A DNA stretch of 64,000 nt from Macrostomum lignano (GCA_002269645.1 NIVC01001006.1:151147-215146), one strand, 5' to 3'; shown: positions 1 through 11,625, counted from the stretch's first letter. Notes: generated by a model not told the origin, from the letters alone. Numbers and translations: made by a program.

Positions 1-585
1 GTAACATCTGCCGAGCCATCACCGGTGCGTATCCATCCACCCCTTACGAGGGGCTCAACACCATCCTCAGCATGCCTTCGCTGCATTTGTTCATTAGAGC
101 TGAAGCGATGAAGGGCGCCAAGCGTCTCATTTGTGATAAATTTATTTCTAACACGCCCTCGGGCTTCATGCCCGAGAAGACTCTTTTCCCGCATCTGGAC
201 TACTTCCGTCGCGATCTTCAACGCATCCACCTTAATTTAGACGAGGTGGACTGCAAATCCCCCACTCTCTCCTCAGGAGGGGCTTCAAGTATACTCTTCC
301 ACCGAGAGGGAGTCACCCGCTGGACGTGGGCATCAACCGGAGAAGCCAAGGTATTCACTGCTTCACTGACGGATCCCTGTGTGACGGTCTCGCTGGTGCA
401 GGCATTGCCATTTTCCACAAGGGTGAGGCGATCTTACAAGAGAGTCTTCATCTTGGTGAGAATGTCTCGGTTTTTCAATCCGAAGTTGTAGCTATCAACC
501 AGTGCGCTGAGCATTTGCACAAAGCTGGCATCAGCAGCTTTGACATTTATTTTTACTCTGACAGCCAGGCCGCTATTAAGGCCTT
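1..585 (+). mobile_element. RNase H-bearing non-LTR retrotransposon (LINE, R1/LOA/I-like), upstream fragment: post-RT region and first half of RNase H; degenerate
   Basis: Frame from base 3 reads NICRAITGAYPSTPYEGLNTILSMPSLHLFIRAEA, a typical post-RT LINE motif. After a frameshift near 240-280 it reads HCFTDGS...GAG...[10 protein letters not shown]...[11 protein letters not shown] (RNase H). Truncated by the window edge and by the LTR insertion at 586. Confidence 0.85.
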
Positions 586-766
586 TGTAAAAACTCCACT
601 TCGGGGGTAAGACCCCCCCAAAGGCAGAGAGCTTGTATTTAATATAGCTGGCCAACAATAAAGGTTGTCTGACAAAGCGTCAGCCAATCACACGCACGCG
701 TGCAGGTGTACACCTGCACTGTACATTACACTGAGCAGAGCCACTGAGCAGACCCACGCTACCACA
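586..766 (-). repeat. 3' LTR (181 bp)
   Basis: TG...CA termini. Differs from the 5' LTR by one substitution and a 9-bp duplication. Confidence 0.95.
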
Positions 767-775
767 TCCCTCCCC
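767..775 (-). other. Polypurine tract GGGGAGGGA
   Basis: Lies immediately upstream of the 3' LTR on the element sense strand. Confidence 0.85.
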
Positions 776-1030
776 ATCTACATGGGGATCAGGGATCGCA
801 AGAGAATACATTAGCGCAACACATTTTAGTGAGGAACAATAACTCAAAAAAATAACTTAATAATAAATAATAATTAATTAACCAGCACCAAAACTACGCA
901 AACGCCAGATAGGAAAGCAACGACACAACAAAATAAAGGAAAATAAACCATAACCATAACAAAGTTCAAAATCCAAAATTAAACGTCCGAATACTACAGT
1001 AATTCAAAACAGTCTCTTTCACAGATGACG

Positions 1031-3735
1031 TCACCCGTAGCTCAGGCGCTCCGGGGGACGTCGAACTCGCGACGATCGGCGCAGAGACCCGTCGATCTCA
1101 GGGTCTCCAGGAGCAGCCAGGTTTGGCGGCTCGTCCACGGCCGGCATCGCAGCTTCCGGCTCAGGTGCGGCCTTGGCGTCGGTAGCACCGTCTGTCACGC
1201 CAGCTCCTGTAGGCCGCGGCTGCTCAGGACCACCGCGGACATGGTCAACGTGCCGCCGCACCACTCGGTCGTCGCCATCGAATCCGCACAGGTAGGAGGT
1301 CGGACCGGTGGCACCGACAACTCGCGCCGGCTTCCACCGACCTCCGTTGGCTCCAAAGTCTCTGGCCAGTACAGCGTCTCCAGTCTCGAAGGTCCTAAAC
1401 CGAGCTTTGCAGTCGTGGTGCTCTTTTTGCTGATTTTGCTTACGCTGTACTCTTGCTCCCAGGTCTGGCCGAGCTCGATCTAGCAACGTGCACAGGTGCC
1501 GTCCCATCAGGAGTTCGCAGGGAGCCACACCAGTTGTCGCATGCGGAGTGACCCGGTAGCTCAGCAGGAACCGGGCGACCTTATCCTCCAAGGAGTCTTC
1601 GCGCTGCTTCTCCAGGGACCGCTTCAGCGTCTGGACAGCTCGTTCCGCCAGGCCGTTGGACGCCGGATGGTAGGGAGCAACGCGCACGTGCTGAATGCCG
1701 TTCTTCTGGAGAAAGTCGGACATCTCCTCGCTGACCAAGTTGGGCCCATTGTCCGACACCAGCACATCTGGCAACCCGTGCGTCGCGAAGCTGGAGCGGA
1801 GTTTCTGGATGGTGACAGCTGAGGTCGCTGACGTCACCACATGCACATCCAGCCACTTTGAATGGGCATCGACGACAACCAGCAGCATCTTGCCAGACAC
1901 CGGACCCGCATAGTCGATATGCACTCGAGACCACGGTCGGTCAGGCCACGGCCACGACAACATTGGCGAAGGCGCCGGGGCGTTCTGCAACTCCTGACAG
2001 TCGGAGCAGGCCTTGGCCAGGTTTTCGATCTCCGAGTCTAATCCTGGCCACCAGAAATAACCTCGGGCTAACGTCTTCATGCGTGACGCCCCCGCATGAC
2101 CTTGATGCAGCACCTGGAGCAGTGCAGCTCGCGCTCCAACCGGGACCACCACTCGAGCGCCCCACAGGAGGCAGCCGTCTTGCACACTGAGCTCAGCCGC
2201 TCTCTTGGAGTATGGCAGCAGATCGTCACTGACCCGCTCTGGCCAGCCGATTTGCGTGAAGTGCAGAGCTCGGGCTAGTGTGGGGTCCCTTCGAGTCAGG
2301 CCGCGTATCTGAGCTGCCGTGACAGGTCCATCGTCCAGGTGGTCCATCAGCATGACCAGTTCTGCCAGCTTCGGGACCGTCGCCGGCTTGCCGGGCAGCG
2401 GCAGGCGACTCAGGGCATCGGCGCATAGCAGTGAGGCTCCGGCTCGGTGAACCATGCGGTAGTTATAGCCAGACAGCAGCAGAGCCCACCTCTGAATTCC
2501 TCCAGATGCCAGGGCCGGCACGGCCTTGTTCTCAGCAAGCAATCCAAGCAGAGGTTTGTGGTCACTCACCAGCAGAAATGGGCGGCCGAACAGGTACGCG
2601 TTGAACTTCTTGACCGCAAACACTACAGCGAGGGCTTCCTTCTCGAGCTGCGAGTAGTTTTTCTCAGCGTCGTGCAACGTACGCGAGGCAAAGGCCACAG
2701 GCCGGACAGCTCCATCGATCCTGTGGCTGATGACCGCACCCAGACCGTAAGGGGACGCGTCGCACTCGAGCAGCAGGTCTTCGCTCGGGTCAAAGTGCGC
2801 CAATACCGGAGCCGAAGACAGCAGGGCCTTGCACTTCTCGAAAGCGGAGTTCTGAGCAGCGCCCCAGTTCCAGCGGTGTTGCTCACGCAGCAGCAGGTGC
2901 AGCGGTGCCAGGATTTGAGACAAATTAGGCAGGAATTTGCCATAGTAGTTCACCATGCCTAGGAAGCTGCGCAGCTGAGTTGCGTCCTTGGGAGCTGGAG
3001 CGCTGACAATTGCCTCGACCTTGTCTTTGATCGGGTGCAGGCCGTCGGCATCGATGCGGTGACCGAGATAACTGATGCTCGTCTGCATGAACTGGCACTT
3101 CTCCAGTTTGCACCGGAGGCCACTCTGGCTCAGCTTCTCCAGAACCTGCTCCAGGGAGTTCAGATGACTGCTGTCGTCCTTCCCGGTGATGATGAGGTCA
3201 TCGATGAAGCAGGCGGTGCTGGTGATTCCTTGCAGCAAGCAGTCCATCCGGCGCTGAAAAATCCCGACCGCTGGCGAGACACCGAAGGGCAGCCGCGTGT
3301 ACCGAAGCAGCCCTTTGTGCGTATTGATCGTGCAGACTTCCTGGGAGGCCTCATCGAGTGGCAGCTGCATGTACGCCTGCGACAAGTCGAGCTTAGTAAA
3401 GAGCCGCCCACCAGTCAGCTTCGCGAACAGCTCTTCGATCCGTGGCAGAGGATACGAGTCGGGCTCCACGTTCGGGTTGACGGTCTGCTTAAAGTCGGCG
3501 CAGACCCTCACAGAGCCGTCGGACTTGAGCACTGGCACCACCGGCGATGCGTACTCGGAGTGCTGCACGGGCACCAGGATTCCTTGTTCGATCTCGCGGT
3601 TCAGTTGGCTCTCCACCTTGTCCTTCAAAGCAAAGGGGAGATTCCTGGCCTTCATAAAGCGAGGTTGAGCATCGGGCTTCATATTCAAGCTCACTGGCGG
3701 TCCGTTGTACTTCCCTAGCTCAGGTGAAAAAAACA
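1031..3735 (-). CDS. pol: Gypsy Pol: reverse transcriptase, RNase H, integrase
   Basis: Part of ORF 4087..1031. RT: YPLPRIEELF, LDLSQAY, PFGVSPAVGIFQ, FIDD. RNase H: CDASPYGLGAV, EKEALAV, DHKPL, DALSRL. Integrase: HHCC (LHQGH...CSDC) and D-D-E core (HIDYAGP, SDNGP, NGLAERAV). The part of the ORF upstream of about 3735 is out-of-frame sequence. Confidence 0.95.
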
Positions 3736-4952
3736 TCGCTGTACTTGTCGAGCAGCTGCTGCAGTCTGGGCGACACCTCAGGAGCAGCTGCCACCTGCTT
3801 GATTGATCTCCAGTCGAGCCGCAACTCGGACAGCCAGTCTCTTCCGAGCAGGTCGGATCCGCAGCCGGCGACCACAAGGAGGCTGAGTGACTTGGGCGGT
3901 GCTTCAGCAGCTTCCACAGCAACGCAGATGCAGCCTTCAATTGGCACTTTCTCACCGGAGTATGTTCGCAGCTGCACGGACGCAGGCTGCAGTGCTGGCT
4001 GGGAGTTGAGCACGGTCCTGTAGGTCTTCGAGGATACAAGGGACACGGAGGCTCCGGTGTCCACTTCCATGACAACAGGTCGGCCATTGATGCGCACCGT
4101 CGTTGTAATTGGCGGCACCTTCGACACCCGCTTGCCGGACAGCTGGTACAGAGAGTGGGCCGTTTCCTCCTTGCAGCTGTCTTTTTCCTCGCCGTCCTGC
4201 ATCTGCAGAGCCTCTCTTCTATCGTCCTTCGACTGGAATTTGCAGGCAGCCGCCGTGTGGCCGGTCTTTGAGCACTTGTAGCACTTCTGGGTGGCGAACG
4301 GGCACTTATTAGCGAGATGCTTCGTTGACAGGCACCTGAAGCACCTCCTCGTCGAAGATGACTTCTGCTGTTGCTTGAAAATGCTGACGGACTCCTGACT
4401 GACTGGATCTGGCTTACTCGCTCCCGACACCAGCTGGCAGCCCTTGGCGGCGGACTCGTGGGCCAGGGCCAGCTTCAATGCCTTCGCTAGAGTGAGATCG
4501 GGCTCCGCCAGCAGCCGCCGCTGAGCGCTGTCGTTGTTGATTCCCAGCACCAGCCTGTCGCGAAGCATCGAAGTCAGGCTGTCGCCGAACTTGCAGTCGC
4601 GAGCCAGGTCTCGGAGGTCTGCGACGAAGTCCGCGACGCCCTCACCTTCCCTGCGATTTCTGGTGTAGAACCGGTAACGATGGACGATCTCGGACTTCTC
4701 AGGCTCGAAATGGCTCTTCAGTGCTTCGCAAATTTCGGTGTAGCTCTTGGCTGATGGCTGTGCAGGAGACAGAAGACTGAAGGCCAGATGGAAGACTTTC
4801 TTGCCGCATGAACTCAGCAGAATCGCTCGCTTTTTCGCTTCCTCAGTGACGTCATTGGCAACAAAATATTGTTCTAACCTTGCTTGGTACATATGCCACG
4901 GCTCAGAGCCTTCTTCGTATGGGCCGACAAGCCCTAGTGCACTTGCACTCAT
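3720..4952 (-). CDS. gag: Gypsy Gag (two CCHC knuckles) plus aspartic protease
   Basis: W..Y..RLEQYFVANDV; CFRCLSTKHLANKC and CYKCSKTGHTAAAC; protease MEVDTGASVSLV...LLGRDWL. Confidence 0.95.
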   Translation of the reverse strand: MSASALGLVGPYEEGSEPWHMYQARLEQYFVANDVTEEAKKRAILLSSCGKKVFHLAFSLLSPAQPSAKSYTEICEALKSHFEPEKSEIVHRYRFYTRNRREGEGVADFVADLRDLARDCKFGDSLTSMLRDRLVLGINNDSAQRRLLAEPDLTLAKALKLALAHESAAKGCQLVSGASKPDPVSQESVSIFKQQQKSSSTRRCFRCLSTKHLANKCPFATQKCYKCSKTGHTAAACKFQSKDDRREALQMQDGEEKDSCKEETAHSLYQLSGKRVSKVPPITTTVRINGRPVVMEVDTGASVSLVSSKTYRTVLNSQPALQPASVQLRTYSGEKVPIEGCICVAVEAAEAPPKSLSLLVVAGCGSDLLGRDWLSELRLDWRSIKQVAAAPEVSPRLQQLLDKYSDVFFT

Positions 4953-4972
4953 TTGCGCAGGGTCGTTTCAGT

Positions 4973-4982
4973 CTCGTCGCCA
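4973..4982 (-). other. Primer-binding site TGGCGACGAG
   Basis: 1 nt inside the 5' LTR. Complementary to the 3' end (CUCGUCG-CCA) of metazoan tRNA-Ser(GCU), from recall. Confidence 0.75.
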
Positions 4983-4983
4983 C

Positions 4984-5173
4984 TGTAAAAACTCCACTTC
5001 GGGGGTAAGACCCCCCCAAAGGCAGAGAGCTTGTATTTAATATAGCTGGCCAACAATAAAGGTTGTCTGACAAAGCGTCAGCCAATCACACGCGCGCGTG
5101 CAGCGCGTGCAGGTGTACACCTGCACTGTACATTACACTGAGCAGAGCCACTGAGCAGACCCACGCTACCACA
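4984..5173 (-). repeat. 5' LTR (190 bp)
   Basis: Near-identical copy of 586-766. Confidence 0.95.
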
Positions 5174-5938
5174 GCCTTGTCTTCCATCAAGCTCTCAACC
5201 AAGTCAGTTTCAGACTGCCTCAAAAGCTTGCAGACCCTAGTGATTCTCAACAGGATCAATGTTATCTGGACACCAGGCCATAGCAACATCCTCGGCAACG
5301 AGCTTGTGGATCAGCTTGCCAAGCGGGGTTGCACCCCTGATGGAGCGCTACGCTCAGTCAAGTTACCTTCTCCGAAGTCATCGCTCAACCGCGCCATTCA
5401 AGATTGGCTGAACCGCCAGCATCAGACTCACTGGGACAGCTGCTCCGAATACCGGCAAGCACGAAAGGCTATGCCTGCCATTAACCGGAAAGTATCCGAA
5501 TATCTAATCTCCTTAAGTAAAACTGACCTGAGGGAGATGTACATGGTCATTACTGGCCATGGCTTCTTCCAGAGACATATTTCACTGCAGTGGCTGCTCC
5601 CCTATCTGCCCATTCTGTGATTTAGAAGAGGAAACCTCGACGCACCACGTCACTTTCTGCCCGCACTTCAACGAGGCGCGGAGACGTCACCTCGGTCAAC
5701 CGCTAAGGCTTGACGAGCTCACCACTCCGGACCGGATCCGTGACCTACGCGCATTCGTTCGGGATTCTGGGCGGATGAAGATCGCAGACGCCACTCTCGC
5801 GAGCTCTTCTGCTGCCGGCGAGGGGTGGGCGCGGCCCCAAGGCTAACGCCTTTCTGTTTTTAGCTTGGGGTTGCGATAGGGGCCTCGCGGCCTATTCGCG
5901 GCGCTCTGCCCCCCGTCGGTAGTAAGTAAGTAAGTAAG
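5174..5938 (+). mobile_element. Same LINE, downstream fragment: second half of RNase H, C-terminal CCHC finger, 3' UTR and (TAAG)4 tail
   Basis: Removing the LTR element restores IKA-LSSIK...[23 protein letters not shown]. Then ITGHG, a frameshift near 5590, and [23 protein letters not shown] repeats at 5923-5938. Confidence 0.88.
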
Positions 5939-6248
5939 TTGTCGCCGAATTAACTGGAAGCCTATTAGATCATGCATATTAGCATATTAGTCGAATTAGC
6001 TTGTCGCTGAATTAACTGGAAGCCTATTAGATCATGCATATTAGCATATTAGTCGAATTAGCTTGTCGCCGAATTAACTGGAAGCCTATTAGATCATGCA
6101 TATTAGCATATTAGTCGAATTAGCTTGTCGCCGAATTAACTGGAAGCCTATTAGATCATGCATATTAGCATATTAGTCGAATTTGCTTGTCGCCGAATTA
6201 ACTGGAAGCCTATTAGATCATGCATATTAGCATATTAGTCGAATTTGC
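5939..6248. repeat. Tandem repeat, 62-bp unit x5
   Basis: Unit TTGTCGCCGAATTAACTGGAAGCCTATTAGATCATGCATATTAGCATATTAGTCGAATTAGC, near-perfect copies. Confidence 0.95.
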
Positions 6249-7546
6249 TATCATATGGTGTCTCAACCATAGACATAAAATTGAGCTATTTTGAACACGA
6301 GTAAGGACCTGTGTTTATGAAACAACAAAATCGTTGACGCTTGACACTTGTCACTTGTCATTTGTCGACTTGTCACTTGTCACGAGTAGCTTTTTATGAA
6401 ACCAGCCCCTGCCATGCAAGTCCCAAACTACTCAACCTGGCAGGTCCAGTCCTTTATTATACTGAAAAAGCATTTCGTAAAACAAATTTTTCTTGACAAA
6501 AGAACGAAAAGTTTGCAAATGTTTGAGGGACCCTGGAATGGAAATACTTAAATAATATAATCATACTGATACTATACAAGAAGTTTATATTTTGCATAAA
6601 TAAAGTTTTTATTAGAGTGATTCTCATCGAGAGGTTTCAGAGGTTTTGAGGTTTTTCAGAGGTTTCATTTTGAACAAATATTTTTGCACAAAATTTTTAA
6701 TACTGTACAAAAATTGAAATCTTATTAAAATTTACTAATGAATACAAATTTTCCTTAGAAAATAGCTCGGAGGTTTTGGATTCTTTTTAAATTTGCTTCT
6801 GATAGGCACGCGCGGAAATTATTTAACTTAGGCAACTATTTTTATGCTTTAAGAAAGTGGTTTTTAAAAACACTACACGCAACACAACACACTGGTAATG
6901 TCATCGTTGCCATTGGCATTTACATTTAAGGTGGAAAAAATATTCGACTTTAAGGCGCTGCTTGAAATATACTGAAAACATATAGACAGCTGTTTCATCC
7001 GTTTCCTGTTTTTACTTGAGTGCTGCATACCATTTTGCATTCGAATTATGTAATGACATTGACGACCTGCATGCATACTGCCTCAGTGAAGTAAATAGAA
7101 GAATTATTCTTGTCTCAATGTTTTTTTTTAAAAAATATCTGAGGGCCTAGAATTACAAGTATGCATTTTACTTTTTATTACTTACAGCAGAGCATTTTAC
7201 TTTTAATCATGAAAATTATTTTTAACTACTAAAAGCTATTAGCTTTTCTCTCATAAATAACACTAGTTGCACAACTGTTACTGCTGACAAAAGCTCTAAC
7301 ACCTTAGATTTAGTTCTTATACAAACAAAATGCTTGCAGTAAGACTTTGTACACATTTTGACATTGTTTTTTAAAAATATTATAATTTCTTCAATATAAA
7401 TGTATTATTGGAATCTTTAAAGATTGCAAGAACAAATGTATAGGAAAATCATTGTTTATTGACTTTTGAAATTGATTGTTTATGAAAAGTTATAGATGAA
7501 AGTAACCATAATCAATACCTTTTATTTCAACATACTTATTGTTATT

Positions 7547-7787
7547 GCTATCTAACTAGGCTTACTTTTTTATCTTTTAGTTTGACTTTGGCTAGAGTCT
7601 AGAGCTAGATTCCTAGGCCTAGGCCTACTTTTATTGATCAGATAGACCCCTAAGCAATATTAAACTGGTAGGCCTGGCTAGACTTAGGCCCCTATAATAG
7701 GGGTATAGGCCCCAAGATAACTCTAAAATTAAGACAGCCTAGCTAAATATGACAGATAGATATTATAAGGCCTATTAGCTAATATGC
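7547..7787 (+). repeat. 241-bp direct repeat, copy 1 (inside the MULE)
   Basis: Identical by eye to 11385-11625. Confidence 0.93.
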
Positions 7788-10098
7788 ATATATTTCAACT
7801 ACCGCTTGCCTGGTCTCCTGCCTGCATTCTGAGCCTGTACAGGCCAACAATGCTTCATGTTTGTATAATCTAATAACTGTCATTATGGCATTCCATGTCC
7901 TATACCCACTTATGTTGCGACTCAGTGCAACCTAGCTCGCCATCGCCACCCTTAGAGCTTTGGCAGGCTGGTTGCTTTTGTGGTGGCAATTGGTTTGGTT
8001 GTCAGCATACAGAAGATGGCTGTGCTCTAGCTACTAACCAGATGACATCAACCGACAGCCTAGGGGCTAATCTACTGCGCACTGCCTTCGAGATGAGTGA
8101 CTGAAGTTCTTCAACTGCTTGCTGGCTGACGCGCTACAGCCTTCATTTTTGCAGGCATCGTCTTTCATATGCGCATTAAATTTAGTTAAGAAAAGTTAAG
8201 AACTTCACTTTCATCTGAGTAAATAACAAGAAAAGACTTATATTCTCTCATGTAAAGATCTGAAATGGTAACTTTTAAACTGTTTTGATTTGACTCTCAA
8301 AGAATATTTATAATATAGTGTATTTAGGCAATGTACAGCAATGTATGGATAAATATACATACTGATAAAGAAAATACAAAACGTTCCTTCTTTGATTGTG
8401 AAATGCATTCTTGCAATGTTCGATGTTTTAAAAATGTAAGGCCTAAAAAAAAGACAAGACCAATTGGCAACTACCGTGAAGCTAATTTGCTTGTATCAAG
8501 TTGGCGTACGCTGGCTGACATTGGATTATCTATGAGACTTGGAGTCTCGCTGCACTAAACCCTTGAAAAAACGTTAGCCAGCCTTTTGAGATTCAGCATA
8601 GCATTCCAGGTTCAATGGCATGTCTATGAAGATGCATCCTACATCGTCAAGACCACCGAGGTGATCGAGACCTCAATATTGTAGGGTGAGGAACATGGGC
8701 GATGCTTCTCCAGTGCGCGGTTGCCGCTACGGCCAGCAAAGTGCAATCGGGCAGTCGCATTATGTCAGTTGTAGTGAGTTCCATTTGGATCAGTAACACT
8801 CGGCTGCTGCTGCTGCTGGACAAAAATGATTGGTGTGAGTTCCCTTGACACAATTCCCGCAGGGCAATCAGGTGGGCTGCAAATTCCTCTCCAAGATTGG
8901 CACCAGCATGCCTGACATTGGTTTTCATGGCCTCCAATTGAGACTATCGAACCAGTTGATGCTGGAAGCCCAAAAATGCGACAATGGGACTCGAGTGCTG
9001 CAATGATGAGCAACAATGCTGAAGTCGAGCTGCGCCAAAATCTCCTGTAATGGGTAATAGTGAAATGAGGAATTTTATCTGTCTAATCATTGGAATGAAC
9101 TTCCCTGAAAGGTCATGCCATAACTTTTGCTGAAAATCGCGCCATTAGGAATTTAGGGACACTAGCCATGTAACATGTATGAATGTCATCTCTTGCCCCA
9201 ACCATTGGCCTTTGCTTTCAGCTACCCTTGATCCTCATAACATGTATATTGGAAAGACAGTATTTAGAAAATTTACTCACTTGTTGCAGTCAAATGTAGT
9301 GAAGACCTTGGGGTGTCAAGAAAGACACTTGGTGGATTAATTTAATCGACTTCTAGAAGCATATCATCTTGTGCAATGGTATTTTAGTAGGCCATTGCTT
9401 TGCACGAATTCCCATAGTTTGATGGGCTCTGGAAAGATGGCATGATTGATAAAGGAATACAATGTTAGTCTTACATTTTAATATATGAATGTAGTGTAAG
9501 TACTTAACATCATAAGAAAATCTAAAGATTTATAACCTTCTCCCCAACATGGTTGGCACCATGCATTTCATTGGCATGATAACTACTGTGGATGATAAGA
9601 GAGTATATTTGTTTAATATTAAAACAATTAACTTATAAAGTAAATTAAAAATTGAATAAAAATGTGATGACTAGGCATACATAAGTACAAGCTACTATTT
9701 ACTTTGAATATTTGCATAAAAAGACAAAAACTAAAGCAAGTTACTAATGTATAAGAGTAATAGAAATTGTACTCACCTATATAAACTTAAATTATAACTG
9801 AATATAAATAGCTATTAATAAATTATATTTAAATTTAATAAGTAAAAATTTCAGTTCATTAGAGCTTTCAAATTTATACGTAGAGGTAGAGCAATCAAAT
9901 AAAAAATTGCCATTTTTAAAGCCTGGTGAAGAGAATTATTCACTAGGATTAGAGACTTAGTCTTAGGTAATAAATATTTTTATCCTGTGCATAGTGTGTT
10001 AGGATTTAGGATGATGATGTAAAAATAGTAAAATGAGATAAAATAAAAATATTTTTTAATATATTGGATGTAAAATAAAAAAGAATATCAAATAAGTG

Positions 10099-10370
10099 CA
10101 GGGGCGTAGCCAGGATTTTTTTTGGGGGTATCGGTTAGCTGTTATCAGAAAGCAAGGGCTTGAGGTCCACATATCCCCTTAATGTAGGCCTATTTCTAGT
10201 GCATAATACATATAATTACTCTATTTGTTTGTTAATTGTTATTCTTTCGATTTTGATAAATTCTCTTCCTTAAAGGTCACAATTGCAACTGAAAAAAAGG
10301 AAAAAAAATGTTGCTTTGGAAATTTGGGGGTATCGGCCGATATACCGATACCCCCCTCGCTACGCCCCTG
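10099..10370. mobile_element. hAT-type MITE (272 bp) nested in the MULE
   Basis: 12-bp TIR CAGGGGCGTAGC / GCTACGCCCCTG. 8-bp TSD AATAAGTG at 10091-10098 and 10371-10378. Confidence 0.9.
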
Positions 10371-11384
10371 AATAAGTGAAATTAAAAATAATATATTTTA
10401 CATTAAATATGCCTAGTAAAATACTGAGTGCCTTTAGTTAGTTAGACTAACAATCTATATTAAATAGCAACTGATACTGACTTGATGAAAAAAATACTGA
10501 ATTGGTCTTGTTAGTGTTAGTCATAATTTAAGTCTGGCTTAAAAATTGACAGCTTTCTTAAGACAAGTAAAAAACAATATGAAATTCGCATTGGTAAATA
10601 GTGTCTGTATTTAATTACATGGACAGGTCTAGTAGAAATTAGGATAGTTACGAATATGCATTGAAAGGGACAACACACACTTGTGACGGCTCGCAACTTT
10701 GCGCTTATGAAATGAAATGTGTCAGACTACCACTTCGCACAAAAACAGTTAAATAATTTTCGCGCGTGCCTATCAGAAGCAAAATTAAAAAGAATCCGAA
10801 ACCTCCGAGCTATTTTCTAAACAAAATTTGTATTCATTAGTAAATTTCAGTAAGATTTAAATTTTTGTACAGAATTAAAAATTTTGTGTAAAAATATTTG
10901 TTCGAAATGAAACCTCTGAAAAACCTCAAAACCTCCGAAACCTCTCGATGAGAATCACCCTTTTTATTACTCTTTCCGGATAGTGTTCGCTATAAGCTCG
11001 CGCTAGAGGTCGAGACGGGGCGATACGTTAGAGAGCTAATAGGCCTAACCTCCATGAAGTAACTATTGAGGTATTGGCGGGTCGGGGTCTACAGAGTTGC
11101 TCGATGGTTCATTTGGAAGCTATAACCATTCTTCAGATAGTTGTCATGGTTATTTGTACGAGCTATAATTCATTATAGACTTATCCACGTCTTTGTAGTT
11201 TGTAGATTGCTTGCTTTCCGCCTTCTACGACTCTATGGAGCTTGGGGCCTAGGCTAACTTTTACTAGTTGCTGTTTGCTGTTATATTAAAGACTCAGAGT
11301 TAGTATGTTGAAATATTAGTGTTTTGGCGTCCTAACACCAAGTAGTAATTCTATGGACATGGTAGGCCTAGCCTAGGGCCCTAG

Positions 11385-11625
11385 GCTATCTAACTAGGCT
11401 TACTTTTTTATCTTTTAGTTTGACTTTGGCTAGAGTCTAGAGCTAGATTCCTAGGCCTAGGCCTACTTTTATTGATCAGATAGACCCCTAAGCAATATTA
11501 AACTGGTAGGCCTGGCTAGACTTAGGCCCCTATAATAGGGGTATAGGCCCCAAGATAACTCTAAAATTAAGACAGCCTAGCTAAATATGACAGATAGATA
11601 TTATAAGGCCTATTAGCTAATATGC
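11385..11625 (+). repeat. 241-bp direct repeat, copy 2 (outside the MULE)
   Basis: Identical by eye to 7547-7787. Confidence 0.93.

Larger units (their letters stand above)
586..5173 (-). mobile_element. Full-length Ty3/Gypsy LTR retrotransposon (4588 bp) with 5-bp TSD GCCTT
   Basis: Two TG...CA LTRs (586-766 and 4984-5173). GCCTT duplicated at 581-585 and 5174-5178. PBS, PPT and gag-PR-RT-RH-IN order (Gypsy-type) are all present. Confidence 0.97.
6615..10960. mobile_element. Mutator-like (MULE) DNA transposon, non-autonomous or decayed, 4346 bp
   Basis: 214-bp TIRs at 6615-6828 and 10747-10960 (about 13 mismatches by hand) with G(A/G)GTG termini. 9-bp TSD TTTTTATTA at 6606-6614 and 10961-10969. 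No intact transposase ORF. Confidence 0.85.

Noticed and set aside
1025-3718. Plus-strand ORFs overlapping the Gypsy pol
   Set aside because: Antisense shadows of a GC-rich coding sequence with no recognisable domains.
6300-6410. Possible small MITE ending TTTATGAAACCAGCCCC
   Set aside because: The left end matches only about 12 of 18 positions and no TSD could be assigned.
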